Shown piece after piece: positions 14,402 to 23,863 of a DNA stretch of 64,000 nucleotides (position 1 is its first letter; each line of letters begins with the position of its first letter). Source of the stretch: Christensenella sp. UBA3944 (GTDB lineage Bacteria > Bacillota > Clostridia > Christensenellales > DTU072). The position numbers and the translations under genes are program-made. The stretch spans positions 13,587 to 77,586 of the forward strand of contig DGDU01000033.1 of assembly GCA_002385605.1 (NCBI GenBank), read 5' to 3'. The notes below the pieces were generated by a model. The model was given only the letters and a program-made list of their open reading frames with translations, was not told the origin of the DNA and made no database searches.

Positions 14402-16210
14402 TTATTTTATGTCGTCGGGATTTACATTGATGGTGGTTCCGTCGTCCGTGCCCGCATCGCCGCCCGCGGCGTTCTGCTGGTACAGCTTGGTAAATATCGG
14501 GTTGGATACCTGGCTGAGCTTGTCGGTTATCTCTTTTACTTCCTCGGCTGTTGTCGCCTCGGCGAGTTTTTCCCTGGCTTCCTTAGCCGCGTCCTGAAGC
14601 GTCGCCTTGTCTTCGTCCGAAACCTTGCCGGCGTTTTCGGAGAGGAATTTGTCTATGGCGAATATGAGCTGCTCGGCTGTGTTCTTCATTTCGACAAGCT
14701 CGCGGCGCTTTCTGTCCTCTTCGGCGTATTGCTCGGCTTCTTTTATTGCCCTGTCGATGTCGGCGTCTGTCAGGTTGCTGGAAGCCGTAATCTTGATGTT
14801 GGCGCTCTTATTGGTCGCCTTGTCTACCGCCGTAACCGAAACTATGCCGTTGGCGTCGATATCGAAGGTAACCTCAATCTGCGGCACGCCGCGGGGGGCG
14901 GGAGGTATGCCCGTGAGTTCGAAACGCCCGAGCGTCTTGTTGTCGGCGGCCATTGCGCGCTCGCCCTGCAGGACATGGATATCAACCGAGGTCTGGTTGT
15001 CGGAAGCCGTGGAGAATATCTGCGACTTCTTGGTGGGTATGGTGGTGTTGCGCTCGATGAGTTTTGTGAACACGCCGCCCATCGTTTCGATGCCCAGCGA
15101 AAGCGGGGTTACATCGAGAAGGAGTACATCCTTAACCTCGCCGCTAAGAACGCCGCCCTGTATAGCCGCGCCTATCGCTACGCACTCGTCGGGATTGATG
15201 CCCTTGTAGGGCTCTTTGCCCGTTATGCTCTTTACAAGCTCGAAGATGGCGGGTATGCGGGTGGAGCCGCCCACGAGGACAACCTTGTCGATGTCCTTAT
15301 AGGCGAGCTTGGCGTCCTTCATAGCCTGCTCCATGGGCCCTATGGTGGCCTTAACGAGGCGGGATGTCATATCCTCAAACCTTGCCCTCGTGATGTCCAT
15401 ATCGATGTGCAAAGGCCCGTTGGGCCCTACCGTGATAAAGGGCAGGTTGATGTTGGTCTTGGTTACGCCCGAAAGCTCTATCTTAGCTTTTTCGGCGGCT
15501 TCCTTGATCCTCTGCATCGCCATCTTATCCTTCGAGAGGTCTATGCCCTCGCTCTTTTTGAATTCGTCTACTATCCAATCCATTACGACCTTGTCGAAGT
15601 CGTCGCCGCCAAGGCGGGTGTTGCCGTTGGTCGCGAGAACCTCGAACACGCCGTCGCCCAGCTCGAGTATCGACACATCGAATGTGCCGCCGCCGAGGTC
15701 GTAAATGAGGATCTTCTGGTTCTTGCTGCCTTCTTTATCCAAACCGTAGGCAAGGGACGCCGCCGTAGGCTCGTTTATTATACGAAGGACATCAAGCCCG
15801 GCTATCTTGCCGGCGTCCTTGGTTGCCTGCCTTTGGCTGTCGGAGAAGTACGCGGGCACGGTGATAACCGCCTTGGTTACCTTCTCGCCGAGGTAGGCTT
15901 CGGCGTCGGCCTTAAGCTTGGCAAGAATCATGGCCGAAATTTCGGGCGGGGTGTAGCTCTTGCCGTCTACGGTCACTTTATAGTTGGTGCCCATTTCTCT
16001 CTTTATGGATATAACCGTCCTGTCGGGGTTAACTATTGCCTGCCTCTTTGCGATTTGGCCTACAAGCCTTTCGCCGTTTTTGCTGAAGGCCACAATCGAA
16101 GGGGTAGTGCGCCCGCCCTCGGCGTTGGGGATAACTACGGGCTCGCCGCCTTCCATAACCGCTACACAGCTGTTGGTTGTACCTAAGTCGATTCCTATAA
16201 TCTTAGACAT
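14402..16210 (-). CDS. dnaK: molecular chaperone DnaK (Hsp70)
   Basis: [13 protein letters not shown] and [10 protein letters not shown] signatures. Confidence 0.98.
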   Translation of the reverse strand: MSKIIGIDLGTTNSCVAVMEGGEPVVIPNAEGGRTTPSIVAFSKNGERLVGQIAKRQAIVNPDRTVISIKREMGTNYKVTVDGKSYTPPEISAMILAKLKADAEAYLGEKVTKAVITVPAYFSDSQRQATKDAGKIAGLDVLRIINEPTAASLAYGLDKEGSKNQKILIYDLGGGTFDVSILELGDGVFEVLATNGNTRLGGDDFDKVVMDWIVDEFKKSEGIDLSKDKMAMQRIKEAAEKAKIELSGVTKTNINLPFITVGPNGPLHIDMDITRARFEDMTSRLVKATIGPMEQAMKDAKLAYKDIDKVVLVGGSTRIPAIFELVKSITGKEPYKGINPDECVAIGAAIQGGVLSGEVKDVLLLDVTPLSLGIETMGGVFTKLIERNTTIPTKKSQIFSTASDNQTSVDIHVLQGERAMAADNKTLGRFELTGIPPAPRGVPQIEVTFDIDANGIVSVTAVDKATNKSANIKITASSNLTDADIDRAIKEAEQYAEEDRKRRELVEMKNTAEQLIFAIDKFLSENAGKVSDEDKATLQDAAKEAREKLAEATTAEEVKEITDKLSQVSNPIFTKLYQQNAAGGDAGTDDGTTINVNPDDIK

Positions 16211-16273
16211 ATCTGGCTCCTTGTTCTTATAATGATTGTTTTATTATTTGTTTTTTGTGTTTAATTTAGTTAT

Positions 16274-16831
16274 TTATTTCGCTACCTTCACCATAGCGTG
16301 GCGAAGGACTTTGCCTTCCCTGGTGTACCCTTTTTGCAGCACCTCTATTATCTTTCCGCTGTTTTCGGGGTCTTCTTCCTGCATTACGGCGTTGTGAAGC
16401 TCGGGATCGAACATCTGCCCCTCGGCCTCGATTTCCTTTACGCCGTACCTGCCGAATAGGGCTTGTATCTGCCTTAGTATAAGCCCGACGCCCTCACGGG
16501 ACTTTTCGTCGGGTATGACTTTAAGGGCTATATCCACTGCGTCCACAACGGGCAAAAGGTTTAGTATTACCTCGTTGTTCCCTTCGGCGCGGGCCTGCTT
16601 TACGCTTTCGTTGTTTCTTTTGCGGTAGTTGTCGAAGTCCGCCTGAATCCTCTGCGCGAGAGATTTGAACTCCTCGGCCTCGGCAACCGCTTTGGCAATT
16701 ATTTCCTCGCCGCTTATGCCTTTGTTGTCTTGGGCTTCGGCCTCAGCCGCAGCTTCAGTTTCCGCGTTAGTCAAATTCCCTGCCTCGGCGTTTACCGATT
16801 CCTCTGCGGGCCTTTTCTCTTTGTCAGTCAT
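16274..16831 (-). CDS. grpE: nucleotide exchange factor GrpE
   Basis: GrpE core ...FDNYRKR...VLPVVD...FDPELHNAV. Confidence 0.95.
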   Translation of the reverse strand: MTDKEKRPAEESVNAEAGNLTNAETEAAAEAEAQDNKGISGEEIIAKAVAEAEEFKSLAQRIQADFDNYRKRNNESVKQARAEGNNEVILNLLPVVDAVDIALKVIPDEKSREGVGLILRQIQALFGRYGVKEIEAEGQMFDPELHNAVMQEEDPENSGKIIEVLQKGYTREGKVLRHAMVKVAK

Positions 16832-17897
16832 TGTTCTCCTCTTTTTTTATGTCTATTTTTTTGATTCCGCTGTTAAATATGGTGTTAACGGCGCTTCTTA
16901 CATACGAAAGCACCGAAATTACTTTGCCGTAGTCCATGCGCTCGGGCCCTATTACGCCCGCCTTGCCTATCTCTTTGCCGTTTATGGTGTAAGAGGCGGC
17001 TACCACGGCGCATTTGTCCATTCCTTTGGTTTCCTCTTTGCCTATCTTTATCGAGAATTCGATATCGGGCTCTTCCTTCTCGAGAAGCTCCATAATCTTC
17101 GATTTGTCGTCTATGATGGTAAGAAAGCTCTTAGCCGACTCGAGGCTTGCCTCGGGGTACTCGAGAATCTTGCTCTCGCCCTCGACGAATACTTTTGCCT
17201 CGTCCTGCTCGCAGTAGGAAAGAAGAATGGAAAGTACGCTTTCGAAAAGCTCCTTGAAGTCCGAAAGCTCCTTTTGCACCTCGACATCGGCACTCTTTAA
17301 GTCGCCCACCTTCCTGCCGCCGAACACCTTGTTAATAAGAAGCGAGGCGTTGGATAGGAAGTTGTCGTCCAACCTGCTCTCGACGGTTATAACCTTGTCG
17401 CGGATGATGCCGCCGTCGGTTATGATAATCACCAGCGCGCTGTTTTCGTCCAGCCCCACAAGCTTGATTTCTTTAATAACGACATTGGCGATATTTTTTA
17501 TTACAATAACCGAGGTGTAATTTGTTACATCGCTTATTATCTTTGCGGCGGAGCGCACTATCTCCTCTATCTCCTTGAACTTGGCGTTAAAGGTGGCGTC
17601 TATCTTCGCGATATCCTGCCTGCGAAGGGGGCGCTTGTCGAGGAAGTTCTCGACATAATATTTGTACGCCTTGGGCGCGGGCACCCTTCCCGCCGAGGTA
17701 TGCGGCTGCACAAGATACCCCATATCCTCAAGGGTCGATAGCTCCGCGCGGATGGTCGCCGAGCTGATATCGTCAAAATATTTTGCCTTTATCTCGCCCG
17801 AGGACACGGGAGCGGCCTTTCTGATATACTCGTCTACGACCGCCCTTAATATTTTTTGTTTACGAGAAGACAACTTATTCTCTTTCATTTTTGGCAA
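16824..17897 (-). CDS. hrcA: heat-inducible transcription repressor HrcA
   Basis: N-terminal wHTH RKQKILRAVVDEYIRKAAPVSSGEI, HrcA length. Start is either TTG 17897 or ATG 17888. Confidence 0.93.
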   Translation of the reverse strand: MPKMKENKLSSRKQKILRAVVDEYIRKAAPVSSGEIKAKYFDDISSATIRAELSTLEDMGYLVQPHTSAGRVPAPKAYKYYVENFLDKRPLRRQDIAKIDATFNAKFKEIEEIVRSAAKIISDVTNYTSVIVIKNIANVVIKEIKLVGLDENSALVIIITDGGIIRDKVITVESRLDDNFLSNASLLINKVFGGRKVGDLKSADVEVQKELSDFKELFESVLSILLSYCEQDEAKVFVEGESKILEYPEASLESAKSFLTIIDDKSKIMELLEKEEPDIEFSIKIGKEETKGMDKCAVVAASYTINGKEIGKAGVIGPERMDYGKVISVLSYVRSAVNTIFNSGIKKIDIKKEENND

Positions 17898-17912
17898 ACC
17901 CGCATTTGTTTG

Positions 17913-17939
17913 TTAGCACTCTATGGTTTTGAGTGCTAG
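17913..17939. promoter_or_regulatory. CIRCE operator (HrcA binding site)
   Basis: TTAGCACTC-N9-GAGTGCTAG. Matches the consensus TTAGCACTC-N9-GAGTGCTAA at 17 of 18 positions. Confidence 0.9.
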
Positions 17940-17943
17940 CATT

Positions 17944-17971
17944 ATTATAACATTATTATGCCCCATGTCAA
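17944..17971 (-). promoter_or_regulatory. sigma-A promoter of the hrcA-grpE-dnaK-dnaJ operon
   Basis: Minus strand TTGACA (17971-17966), 16 nt, TATAAT (17949-17944), immediately upstream of CIRCE. Confidence 0.7.
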
Positions 17972-18063
17972 GGGAATATTCACACATTTCGCAAAATTAA
18001 TGGGTTAATAAAAATTTTCCTTATAAGAGGAATGTAAAAAATATCAAAATATGATATATTGCG

Positions 18064-18138
18064 ATCAATTTATGTGATAAATTTCAATCAATTTATGTGA
18101 TAAATTACGATCAATTTATGTGATAAATTGCAATCAAT
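18064..18138. repeat. 23-bp tandem repeat, 3 full copies plus a 6-bp partial copy, each with an internal palindrome
   Basis: ATCAATTTATGTGATAAATT at 18064, 18087 and 18110 (identical 20-mers with 3-nt variable linkers), then ATCAAT at 18133. Core inverted repeat AATTTAT-GTG-ATAAATT. Confidence 0.9.
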
Positions 18139-19252
18139 CGGGCAAAAACCTGCGGGCGGCGTAGCTTTCGAGAAGCATTTTGTCCTTTTTCATTTTTACC
18201 CTTCCGCCCGAAACCTCGAGAATACCGCAAAGCGATTTTATCTCCATATCGTACCTCGCAAGAAAATCTATGCCGAAAAGCCCGTTTATTTCGTCTATCG
18301 AAAAGCCGTCTTCGAGGCGCAGCTTCAGCATAATATATTCGAACAAGGCGTCGCCTTTGCTTAGTATTATCGAGTTAGCTTTTCCGTTTCCCAGATGGTT
18401 CCCGCCTAAGTAGGATGTAAGGTCCGAGGGGTTTTCGTAGCGCACTCCTTCTATGAACGAATGGGCGGATGCGCCTATGCCGATATAATCTTCCCTGTTC
18501 CAATATTTAAGGTTGTGCAGGCTGTAATTCTTATCTTTGCAAAAGTTGCTTATTTCGTATCTGGCATAACCGTTTTGCCGCATTATAGAATACCCCGCGT
18601 CGTACATATCCGCAGAGGCGTCGTCGTCCGGAAGCGCAATGCTGCCCCCGTTAACCGCCCGCCCCATAGGGGTATCGTCGGAGAGCTTAAGCATGTACTG
18701 CGAGATATGGTTTACAAAGGGCATTACTTTGTTAAGGGCGCAGCCTACATCCTCTACGTTCTGCCCCGGCAGCCCGAGCATAAGGTCGGCGCTTACATTG
18801 GGATAAATGCCCGCAGCCCTTTCGAGAGCGTCAAGCGCCTGCCCTGGAGTGTGGCTTCTGCCTATTATTTTTAAGATTTGCGGATTAAGGGTCTGGACGC
18901 CGATACTTACACGGTTTACGCCCAAAGATTTATAATATGCAAGATTATCAGAGCTGCAGGGATTAATCTCGATTGTAAATTCTCTTATATTCACAGAGGC
19001 GCATTTGTGAATATGCCCAACTATTCCCTCCAGAATACTTATCGGGAGCACACTGGGCGTGCCGCCCCCGATATAGATAGTGTCTATTACGGTTTGAGGG
19101 TAACGGGATAGGACAAGGGATAATTCTTTCTTTTGCTCTTTTGCGTAACGCTCGACCAAATCGGTATCTATGGCTACCGAATAGAAGTCGCAATAGGCGC
19201 ACTTTATCGAGCAGAAAGGTATGTGTATATATAGCCCTCTGTTAGTTGTCAT
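18134..19252 (-). CDS. hemW: radical-SAM heme chaperone HemW (HemN-like)
   Basis: [10 protein letters not shown] radical-SAM motif near the N-terminus, HemN_C-like tail. Confidence 0.9.
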   Translation of the reverse strand: MTTNRGLYIHIPFCSIKCAYCDFYSVAIDTDLVERYAKEQKKELSLVLSRYPQTVIDTIYIGGGTPSVLPISILEGIVGHIHKCASVNIREFTIEINPCSSDNLAYYKSLGVNRVSIGVQTLNPQILKIIGRSHTPGQALDALERAAGIYPNVSADLMLGLPGQNVEDVGCALNKVMPFVNHISQYMLKLSDDTPMGRAVNGGSIALPDDDASADMYDAGYSIMRQNGYARYEISNFCKDKNYSLHNLKYWNREDYIGIGASAHSFIEGVRYENPSDLTSYLGGNHLGNGKANSIILSKGDALFEYIMLKLRLEDGFSIDEINGLFGIDFLARYDMEIKSLCGILEVSGGRVKMKKDKMLLESYAARRFLPD

Positions 19253-21047
19253 CTAGTTTGAGAATGGACATAAAGGCTTCGGACGGCACTTCGACCGAGC
19301 CGATCTGGCGCATACGCTTCTTGCCTTCCTTTTGCTTCTCGAGAAGTTTCTTCTTACGGGTTATGTCGCCGCCGTAGCACTTGGCAAGAACATCTTTGCG
19401 CACAGCCTTTACCGTTTCGCGGGCGATTACCTTGCCCCCTATCGCAGCCTGAACGGGAATCTCGAATTGCTGGCGGGGGATAATGTCCTTTAGCTTTTCC
19501 GCCATTCTTCTGCCCGTAGCGTAAGCGTGGTCGCGGTGGACGATAACCGAAAGGGCGTCGCAGACATCGCCGTTAAGCAGTATATCGAGTTTTACGAGGT
19601 CGCCCTCGGCGTAGCCGCAGGGCTCGTAGTCTAAGCTGGCGTAGCCCCTCGAGCGGGATTTAAGGGCGTCGAAGAAATCGTAAATTATCTCGGCAAGGGG
19701 TATAATGTATTCTATCTTTACCCTGGTTGACTCGAGGTAAGTGAGGTTTTCGTAAATGCCCCTCTTTTGCTGGCACAGCTCCATAACCGCCCCGACATAC
19801 TCGGGCGGGGTGTAGATGAAGGCCTTTACCATAGGCTCTTCTATTTTTTCTATCAGGGCGGGCGAGGGCAGTTTGGAGGGGTTTTCGACCACCACCATTT
19901 CGCCGTTGGTTTTATATACCTTGTAGCTGACGCTGGGGGCGGTGGTTACGAGGTCGAGGTCGAACTCGCGTTCTAACCGCTCCTCTATTATTTCCATGTG
20001 GAGAAGGCCCAAAAAACCGCAGCGGAAGCCGAAGCCTAAAGCTCCCGAGCTTTCGGGCTCGACCACCAAAGCGGCATCGTTTAAGTTTAGCTTATCCAAA
20101 GCGTCCCTCAGCTCGTTATAGCGCGAACCGTCGGCGGGATAGATACCCGCAAATACCATTGGCTGAACCTTTTTGTAGCCTTGCAAGGGCTCGATTGCGC
20201 CGCCTACGGCGTGGGTTATGGTGTCGCCAACGGCGGTATCCTTTACATTCTTTATGCTGGCGGCGATGTAGCCTACCTCGCCCGCCGAAAGGCTGTCTAC
20301 GGGCTTCATATTGGGCGCAAACACGCCTACCTCGGTTACCTCGAACTCCTTGCCCGTGGACATCATCTTTATGCGCTGCCCCGCCGAAACGCTTCCGTCC
20401 ACTATGCGGATATTGCATATCGCGCCCTTGTAGTTGTCGTAAACGCTGTCGAAGATAAGTGCTTTCAATGGGGCGTTGGGATTGCCGGAGGGCGGGGGTA
20501 TCTTTTCTATTATCTGATTTAAGACTTCCTCTATGTTAAGGCCCTCTTTGGCGCTTATAAGCGGCGCTTCGGAGGCGTCAAGCCCGATTACATCCTCTAT
20601 TTCTTTGCGGGTAGCCTCGGGGTCGGCGGAAGGAAGGTCTATCTTGTTTATAACGGGTAAAATTTCGAGATTGTTGTCTAAGGCAAGGTAAACATTGGTC
20701 AGGGTCTGCGCCTCGATGCCCTGCGTAGCGTCCACGACAAGGAGGGCGCCCTCGCAGGCGGCAAGCGAGCGGCTAACTTCGTAGGTAAAGTCGACATGCC
20801 CCGGGGTGTCGATTAGGTTAAAGGTGTACTCTTTGCCCTCGTATTTGTAAAACATCCTTACGGGCGTCAGCTTTATGGTTATGCCGCGCTCGCGTTCGAT
20901 GTCCATATCGTCAAGTATCTGAGATTTCATCTCGCGCTCGGATACCGCGCCCGTCTTCTCTATGATGCGGTCGGCAAGCGTACTTTTGCCGTGGTCTATG
21001 TGCGCGACGATGCAGAAATTTCGTATAAATTTTTGTCTGTCTTCCAT
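19242..21047 (-). CDS. lepA: translation elongation factor 4 (LepA)
   Basis: [19 protein letters not shown]1 motif, DTPGHVDF, LepA C-terminal domain. Confidence 0.97.
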   Translation of the reverse strand: MEDRQKFIRNFCIVAHIDHGKSTLADRIIEKTGAVSEREMKSQILDDMDIERERGITIKLTPVRMFYKYEGKEYTFNLIDTPGHVDFTYEVSRSLAACEGALLVVDATQGIEAQTLTNVYLALDNNLEILPVINKIDLPSADPEATRKEIEDVIGLDASEAPLISAKEGLNIEEVLNQIIEKIPPPSGNPNAPLKALIFDSVYDNYKGAICNIRIVDGSVSAGQRIKMMSTGKEFEVTEVGVFAPNMKPVDSLSAGEVGYIAASIKNVKDTAVGDTITHAVGGAIEPLQGYKKVQPMVFAGIYPADGSRYNELRDALDKLNLNDAALVVEPESSGALGFGFRCGFLGLLHMEIIEERLEREFDLDLVTTAPSVSYKVYKTNGEMVVVENPSKLPSPALIEKIEEPMVKAFIYTPPEYVGAVMELCQQKRGIYENLTYLESTRVKIEYIIPLAEIIYDFFDALKSRSRGYASLDYEPCGYAEGDLVKLDILLNGDVCDALSVIVHRDHAYATGRRMAEKLKDIIPRQQFEIPVQAAIGGKVIARETVKAVRKDVLAKCYGGDITRKKKLLEKQKEGKKRMRQIGSVEVPSEAFMSILKLDDN

Positions 21048-21151
21048 CTAGTTCCCGTATGATTATGTGCTTTTGGGGCGATAATAAGCCGATTTTTACG
21101 CTAAAGGCTTACTCTTTATTACCCCGCGAAAAAATATTTTACTTATAATTG

Positions 21152-21180
21152 ATTATATAAGAAAATCGGAGGTTTAGCAA
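21152..21180 (-). promoter_or_regulatory. candidate sigma-A promoter of lepA
   Basis: Minus strand TTGCTA, 17 nt, TATAAT. Predicts a 5' UTR of roughly 100 nt. Confidence 0.5.
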
Positions 21181-21197
21181 TTAAATTTCGTATTCTG

Positions 21198-21226
21198 TTG
21201 ATTTTTGTAATTCTTTGTAATATAAT
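21198..21226 (+). promoter_or_regulatory. candidate sigma-A promoter of the GDPD gene
   Basis: TTGATT (21198-21203), 17 nt, TATAAT (21221-21226). Confidence 0.6.
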
Positions 21227-21258
21227 TCAATAGTAATTTTTTGGGAGGCTTGTTTGCA

Positions 21259-21996
21259 ATGCGTCTTTTTCAGGTACCTATCGCTCACAGAGGGCTTCAC
21301 GACGAAACTTCACCCGAAAACTCCCTTTCGGCATACAAAAAAGCTGTCGAGCACGGCTACAATATCGAAACCGATGTCCATCTGCTGAAGGACGGAAAGG
21401 TTGTGTGCTTCCACGATTTTTCTGTGGGTAGGATGATAAAGGGCAAGTCGGACAAAATAGAAGACCTTACATACGAAGACCTTTGCAAGGACGAATACCT
21501 GCTGCCTAACGGCGAGAGGATCCCCCTCTTCGAGGAGCTTATCGGGCTTGTAGACGGCAAAGTGGATATCCTTTGCGAGCTTAAGTCCATCAATTTTTAT
21601 AAGTTCGATCTGGAAAGCAAGGTATACGAGCTTATAAAAGGTAAGCCCTGGATAAAGGTTCAGGCCTTCAACCCCTTTACCATCGTATGGTTTGCCAAAA
21701 ACGCTCCCGAGGTATGCAGAGGGCAGCTTGCCACCAACCCGGCGAATTCCATACTAAGGTTTTTGCAGTCTGTCGCCGGGCCTTTCAGAATGCTTAAGCG
21801 CTCCCGCCCCGACTTTCTTGCCTACGACATACTAAAACTGCCCGACCAAAAGATAAACGAAATCGTTAAAAAATACAATATGAAGCTTCTCACTTGGACG
21901 GTAGACACCGACGAAAAAGTCGCAACCGCCCACGGCTCAAACGCCGATAATATCATCTTCGAGAAGATAAGGCCCGTCAGCTTCAAAGAAAACTAA
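21259..21996 (+). CDS. glycerophosphodiester phosphodiesterase family protein
   Basis: IAHRG, ENSL and ETDVH motifs. Start set at ATG 21259, 10 nt after GGAGG; the track start at 21241 is a TTG that overlaps the SD. Confidence 0.88.
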   Translation: MRLFQVPIAHRGLHDETSPENSLSAYKKAVEHGYNIETDVHLLKDGKVVCFHDFSVGRMIKGKSDKIEDLTYEDLCKDEYLLPNGERIPLFEELIGLVDGKVDILCELKSINFYKFDLESKVYELIKGKPWIKVQAFNPFTIVWFAKNAPEVCRGQLATNPANSILRFLQSVAGPFRMLKRSRPDFLAYDILKLPDQKINEIVKKYNMKLLTWTVDTDEKVATAHGSNADNIIFEKIRPVSFKEN

Positions 21997-22065
21997 CCCC
22001 TGTCTCCAAAAATTTACACGGCTACAATCCTCCCGCTGCGCAAACTATAAGCAGGAGGATTTTTT

Positions 22066-22179
22066 ATGCGTATAGGATTTTTGGCAGGTATAGCTATGGG
22101 AGCGGTCGGCTCTATGCTGGTTTTGTCCTCTCCCGTCGCAAAGAAAGCAGTAAAGAAGATGTGGACTAAGGCAACATAA
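22066..22179 (+). CDS. small hydrophobic peptide, 37 aa (MRIGFLAGIAMGAVGSMLVLSSPVAKKAVKKMWTKAT)
   Basis: ATG 6 nt after AGGAGG. One predicted TM helix plus a basic tail. Followed directly by a strong terminator. Below the ORF-track cutoff. Confidence 0.5.
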   Translation: MRIGFLAGIAMGAVGSMLVLSSPVAKKAVKKMWTKAT

Positions 22180-22182
22180 TGC

Positions 22183-22209
22183 AAAAGGGGCGAAAAGCCC
22201 CTTTTTTTA
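22183..22209. terminator. bidirectional rho-independent terminator
   Basis: AAAA-GGGGC-GAAAA-GCCCC-TTTTTTT. Confidence 0.8.
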
Positions 22210-22230
22210 TATATAACCGTTCGGATGGTT

Positions 22231-22249
22231 GCTGTGGTAATACCACAGC
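22231..22249 (+). repeat. 19-bp perfect palindrome GCTGTGGTAATACCACAGC (copy 1)
   Basis: Followed by TATTTTGT on the plus strand. Shares the 17-nt core CTGTGGTAATACCACAG with copy 2. Confidence 0.7.
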
Positions 22250-22268
22250 TATTTTGTAAATTGAGCGC

Positions 22269-22304
22269 AAAAAGACACGCTTCTGTGGTAATACCACAGA
22301 GCGT
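22269..22304 (-). terminator. probable nifU terminator built on palindrome copy 2
   Basis: TCTGTGGTAATACCACAGA (22282-22300) extended by ACGC/GCGT flanks with a 1-nt bulge. The minus strand then reads GTCTTTTTG. Confidence 0.55.
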
Positions 22305-22316
22305 TTATTAATGCCC

Positions 22317-22685
22317 TTACTTTTGCTTGCTTCTGTAATTCTCTATCGCCGCCGCGATGGCTTCCTCGGCGAGAACCGAGCAGTGAATCTTCTGCGGGGG
22401 CAGTCCTTCAAGCTGCTCGACTACATCGGCGTTGCGGATTTTGAGGGCTTCCTCGATGGTCTTGCCCTTTATCATTTCGGTAGCGACGGAGGACGAGGCG
22501 ATAGCGGCGGCGCAGCCGAAGGTTTTGAACTTGGCGTCCACTATCACATCGTTTTCTATCTTGAGGTAAACCTTCATTATGTCACCGCAACTGGCGTTGC
22601 CCACGGTGCCTACGCCGTCGGCGTTTTCGATTTCACCCACATTCCGGGGGTTTGCGAATATTTCCAATACTTTTTCGTTATACAT
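22317..22685 (-). CDS. nifU: Fe-S cluster scaffold protein NifU/IscU
   Basis: GNASCGD, FGCAAAIASSS and KIHCS cysteine motifs. Confidence 0.93.
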   Translation of the reverse strand: MYNEKVLEIFANPRNVGEIENADGVGTVGNASCGDIMKVYLKIENDVIVDAKFKTFGCAAAIASSSVATEMIKGKTIEEALKIRNADVVEQLEGLPPQKIHCSVLAEEAIAAAIENYRSKQK

Positions 22686-23862
22686 AGCTTCCCGTTCTTT
22701 TTTCGATATTGAACAGAGGGGACATTCCCCTAAGCCTGTCCACTATCTCTTTTAGCGTATTTATTGTGTATTCTATTTCCTCTTTGGTTGTGTCCCTGCC
22801 TAAGCTGAAGCGGATGGAGCTGTGGGCGAGTTCTTCCTTTACGCCCAAAGCGAGCAGCACATGCGAGGGCTCGAGGGAGCCCGACGAGCAGGCCGAGCCG
22901 CTGCTTACCGCTATGCCTTTTAGGTCGAGGCTCATGAGGATTGCCTCTCCCTCTATAAAGCCGAAGCTTAAGTTTATGTTGTTGGCGAGCCTTCTCTCGG
23001 TGCCGCCGTTAAGGTAGCAGTAAGGTATCTCGTTGAGCGCGCGCCCGATGAAGTAGTCGCGAAGCTCCGTCATATGCTTTACATTGCGCTCTCTGTCGCG
23101 GACGCTTATCTCTAGAGCCTTTGCCATGCCCACAATAAGCGGGGTGTTGGTCGTGCCCGCCCTTTGCCTTCTCTCCTGATGCCCGCCGTTAATGAGCCTG
23201 TCGAGGCGGACGCCGCTTCTCATATACAGAAGCCCTATGCCCTTCGGCCCGTGGAATTTGTGCGCGGAGAGCGAAAGAAGGTCTACATTGAGGGCGTTTA
23301 CATTCAGGTCCAGAGTGTCGGCCGCCTGCACGGCGTCTGTATGGAACAATACGCCCTCGCCACGCACGATCTCCCCTATCTCGGAAATCGGCTGGATGGC
23401 GCCCATCTCGTTGTTGGCGGTCATTATGGACACGATTACGGTATCGTCGTTCAGCGCCTTTTTGACATCGGCGGGGTCCACAAGCCCTTCTTTGTTGACT
23501 TTAAGATATGTTACCTCTGCCTCGCCGCTTTTTTCCAGAGCCTCGCAGGTTTCCAGAAGCGCGGGATGCTCGATAGCCGAGGTTATAACCTGCCTGCGCT
23601 TGTTTTTGGACGCCCTCACGGCACCTTTTATCGCCCAGTTGTCGCTCTCGGTGCCGCCCGAGGTAAAGTAAATCTCGTTCGGCTTTGCCCCGAGAAGGGC
23701 GGCTATTTTCTGGCGGGATTCGTCCACCGCCTTTAGCGCCTGCCTGCCGAAGGAGTGCAGGGACGAGGGATTGCCGTATATGTCGCTAAAATACGGCAGC
23801 ATCGCCTCGAGAACTTCTTTTTCTACCGCGGTTGTCGCGGAGTTATCAAGATATACTTTCAT
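22678..23862 (-). CDS. nifS: cysteine desulfurase NifS/IscS (group I)
   Basis: SAHKFHGPKG PLP site, SSGSACSSGS active-site loop. Confidence 0.95.
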   Translation of the reverse strand: MKVYLDNSATTAVEKEVLEAMLPYFSDIYGNPSSLHSFGRQALKAVDESRQKIAALLGAKPNEIYFTSGGTESDNWAIKGAVRASKNKRRQVITSAIEHPALLETCEALEKSGEAEVTYLKVNKEGLVDPADVKKALNDDTVIVSIMTANNEMGAIQPISEIGEIVRGEGVLFHTDAVQAADTLDLNVNALNVDLLSLSAHKFHGPKGIGLLYMRSGVRLDRLINGGHQERRQRAGTTNTPLIVGMAKALEISVRDRERNVKHMTELRDYFIGRALNEIPYCYLNGGTERRLANNINLSFGFIEGEAILMSLDLKGIAVSSGSACSSGSLEPSHVLLALGVKEELAHSSIRFSLGRDTTKEEIEYTINTLKEIVDRLRGMSPLFNIEKRTGSYV

Positions 23863-23863
23863 A

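Noticed and set aside
14729-16186. Long plus-strand ORFs antisense to minus-strand genes: 485 aa opposite dnaK, 417 aa at 28714-29967 opposite hslU, 349 aa at 59955-61004 and 316 aa at 57027-57977 opposite the giant gene, 223 aa at 24434-25105 opposite glyA, 314 aa at 36763-37707, and others.
   Set aside because: Each lies fully inside a confidently identified gene on the other strand. Their translations are low-complexity (Arg/Gly/Ala/Val-rich), with no SD and no recognisable motif. This is the typical antisense open frame of GC-rich codon usage.
18064-18138. The 23-bp tandem repeats as a CRISPR array.
   Set aside because: The units are contiguous, with 3-nt linkers rather than ~30-nt unique spacers. 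There are only 3 copies and no cas genes in the window.
18064-18138. The 23-bp repeats as DnaA boxes or Bacillus-type Ter (RTP) sites.
   Set aside because: TGTGATAA / TTATCACA differs from the DnaA box TTATCCACA by a deletion. Similarity to the RTP core (TATGTACTAAAT versus TATGTGATAAAT) is partial and expected in AT-rich DNA. There is no origin or terminus context such as dnaA/dnaN or a gene-orientation switch.
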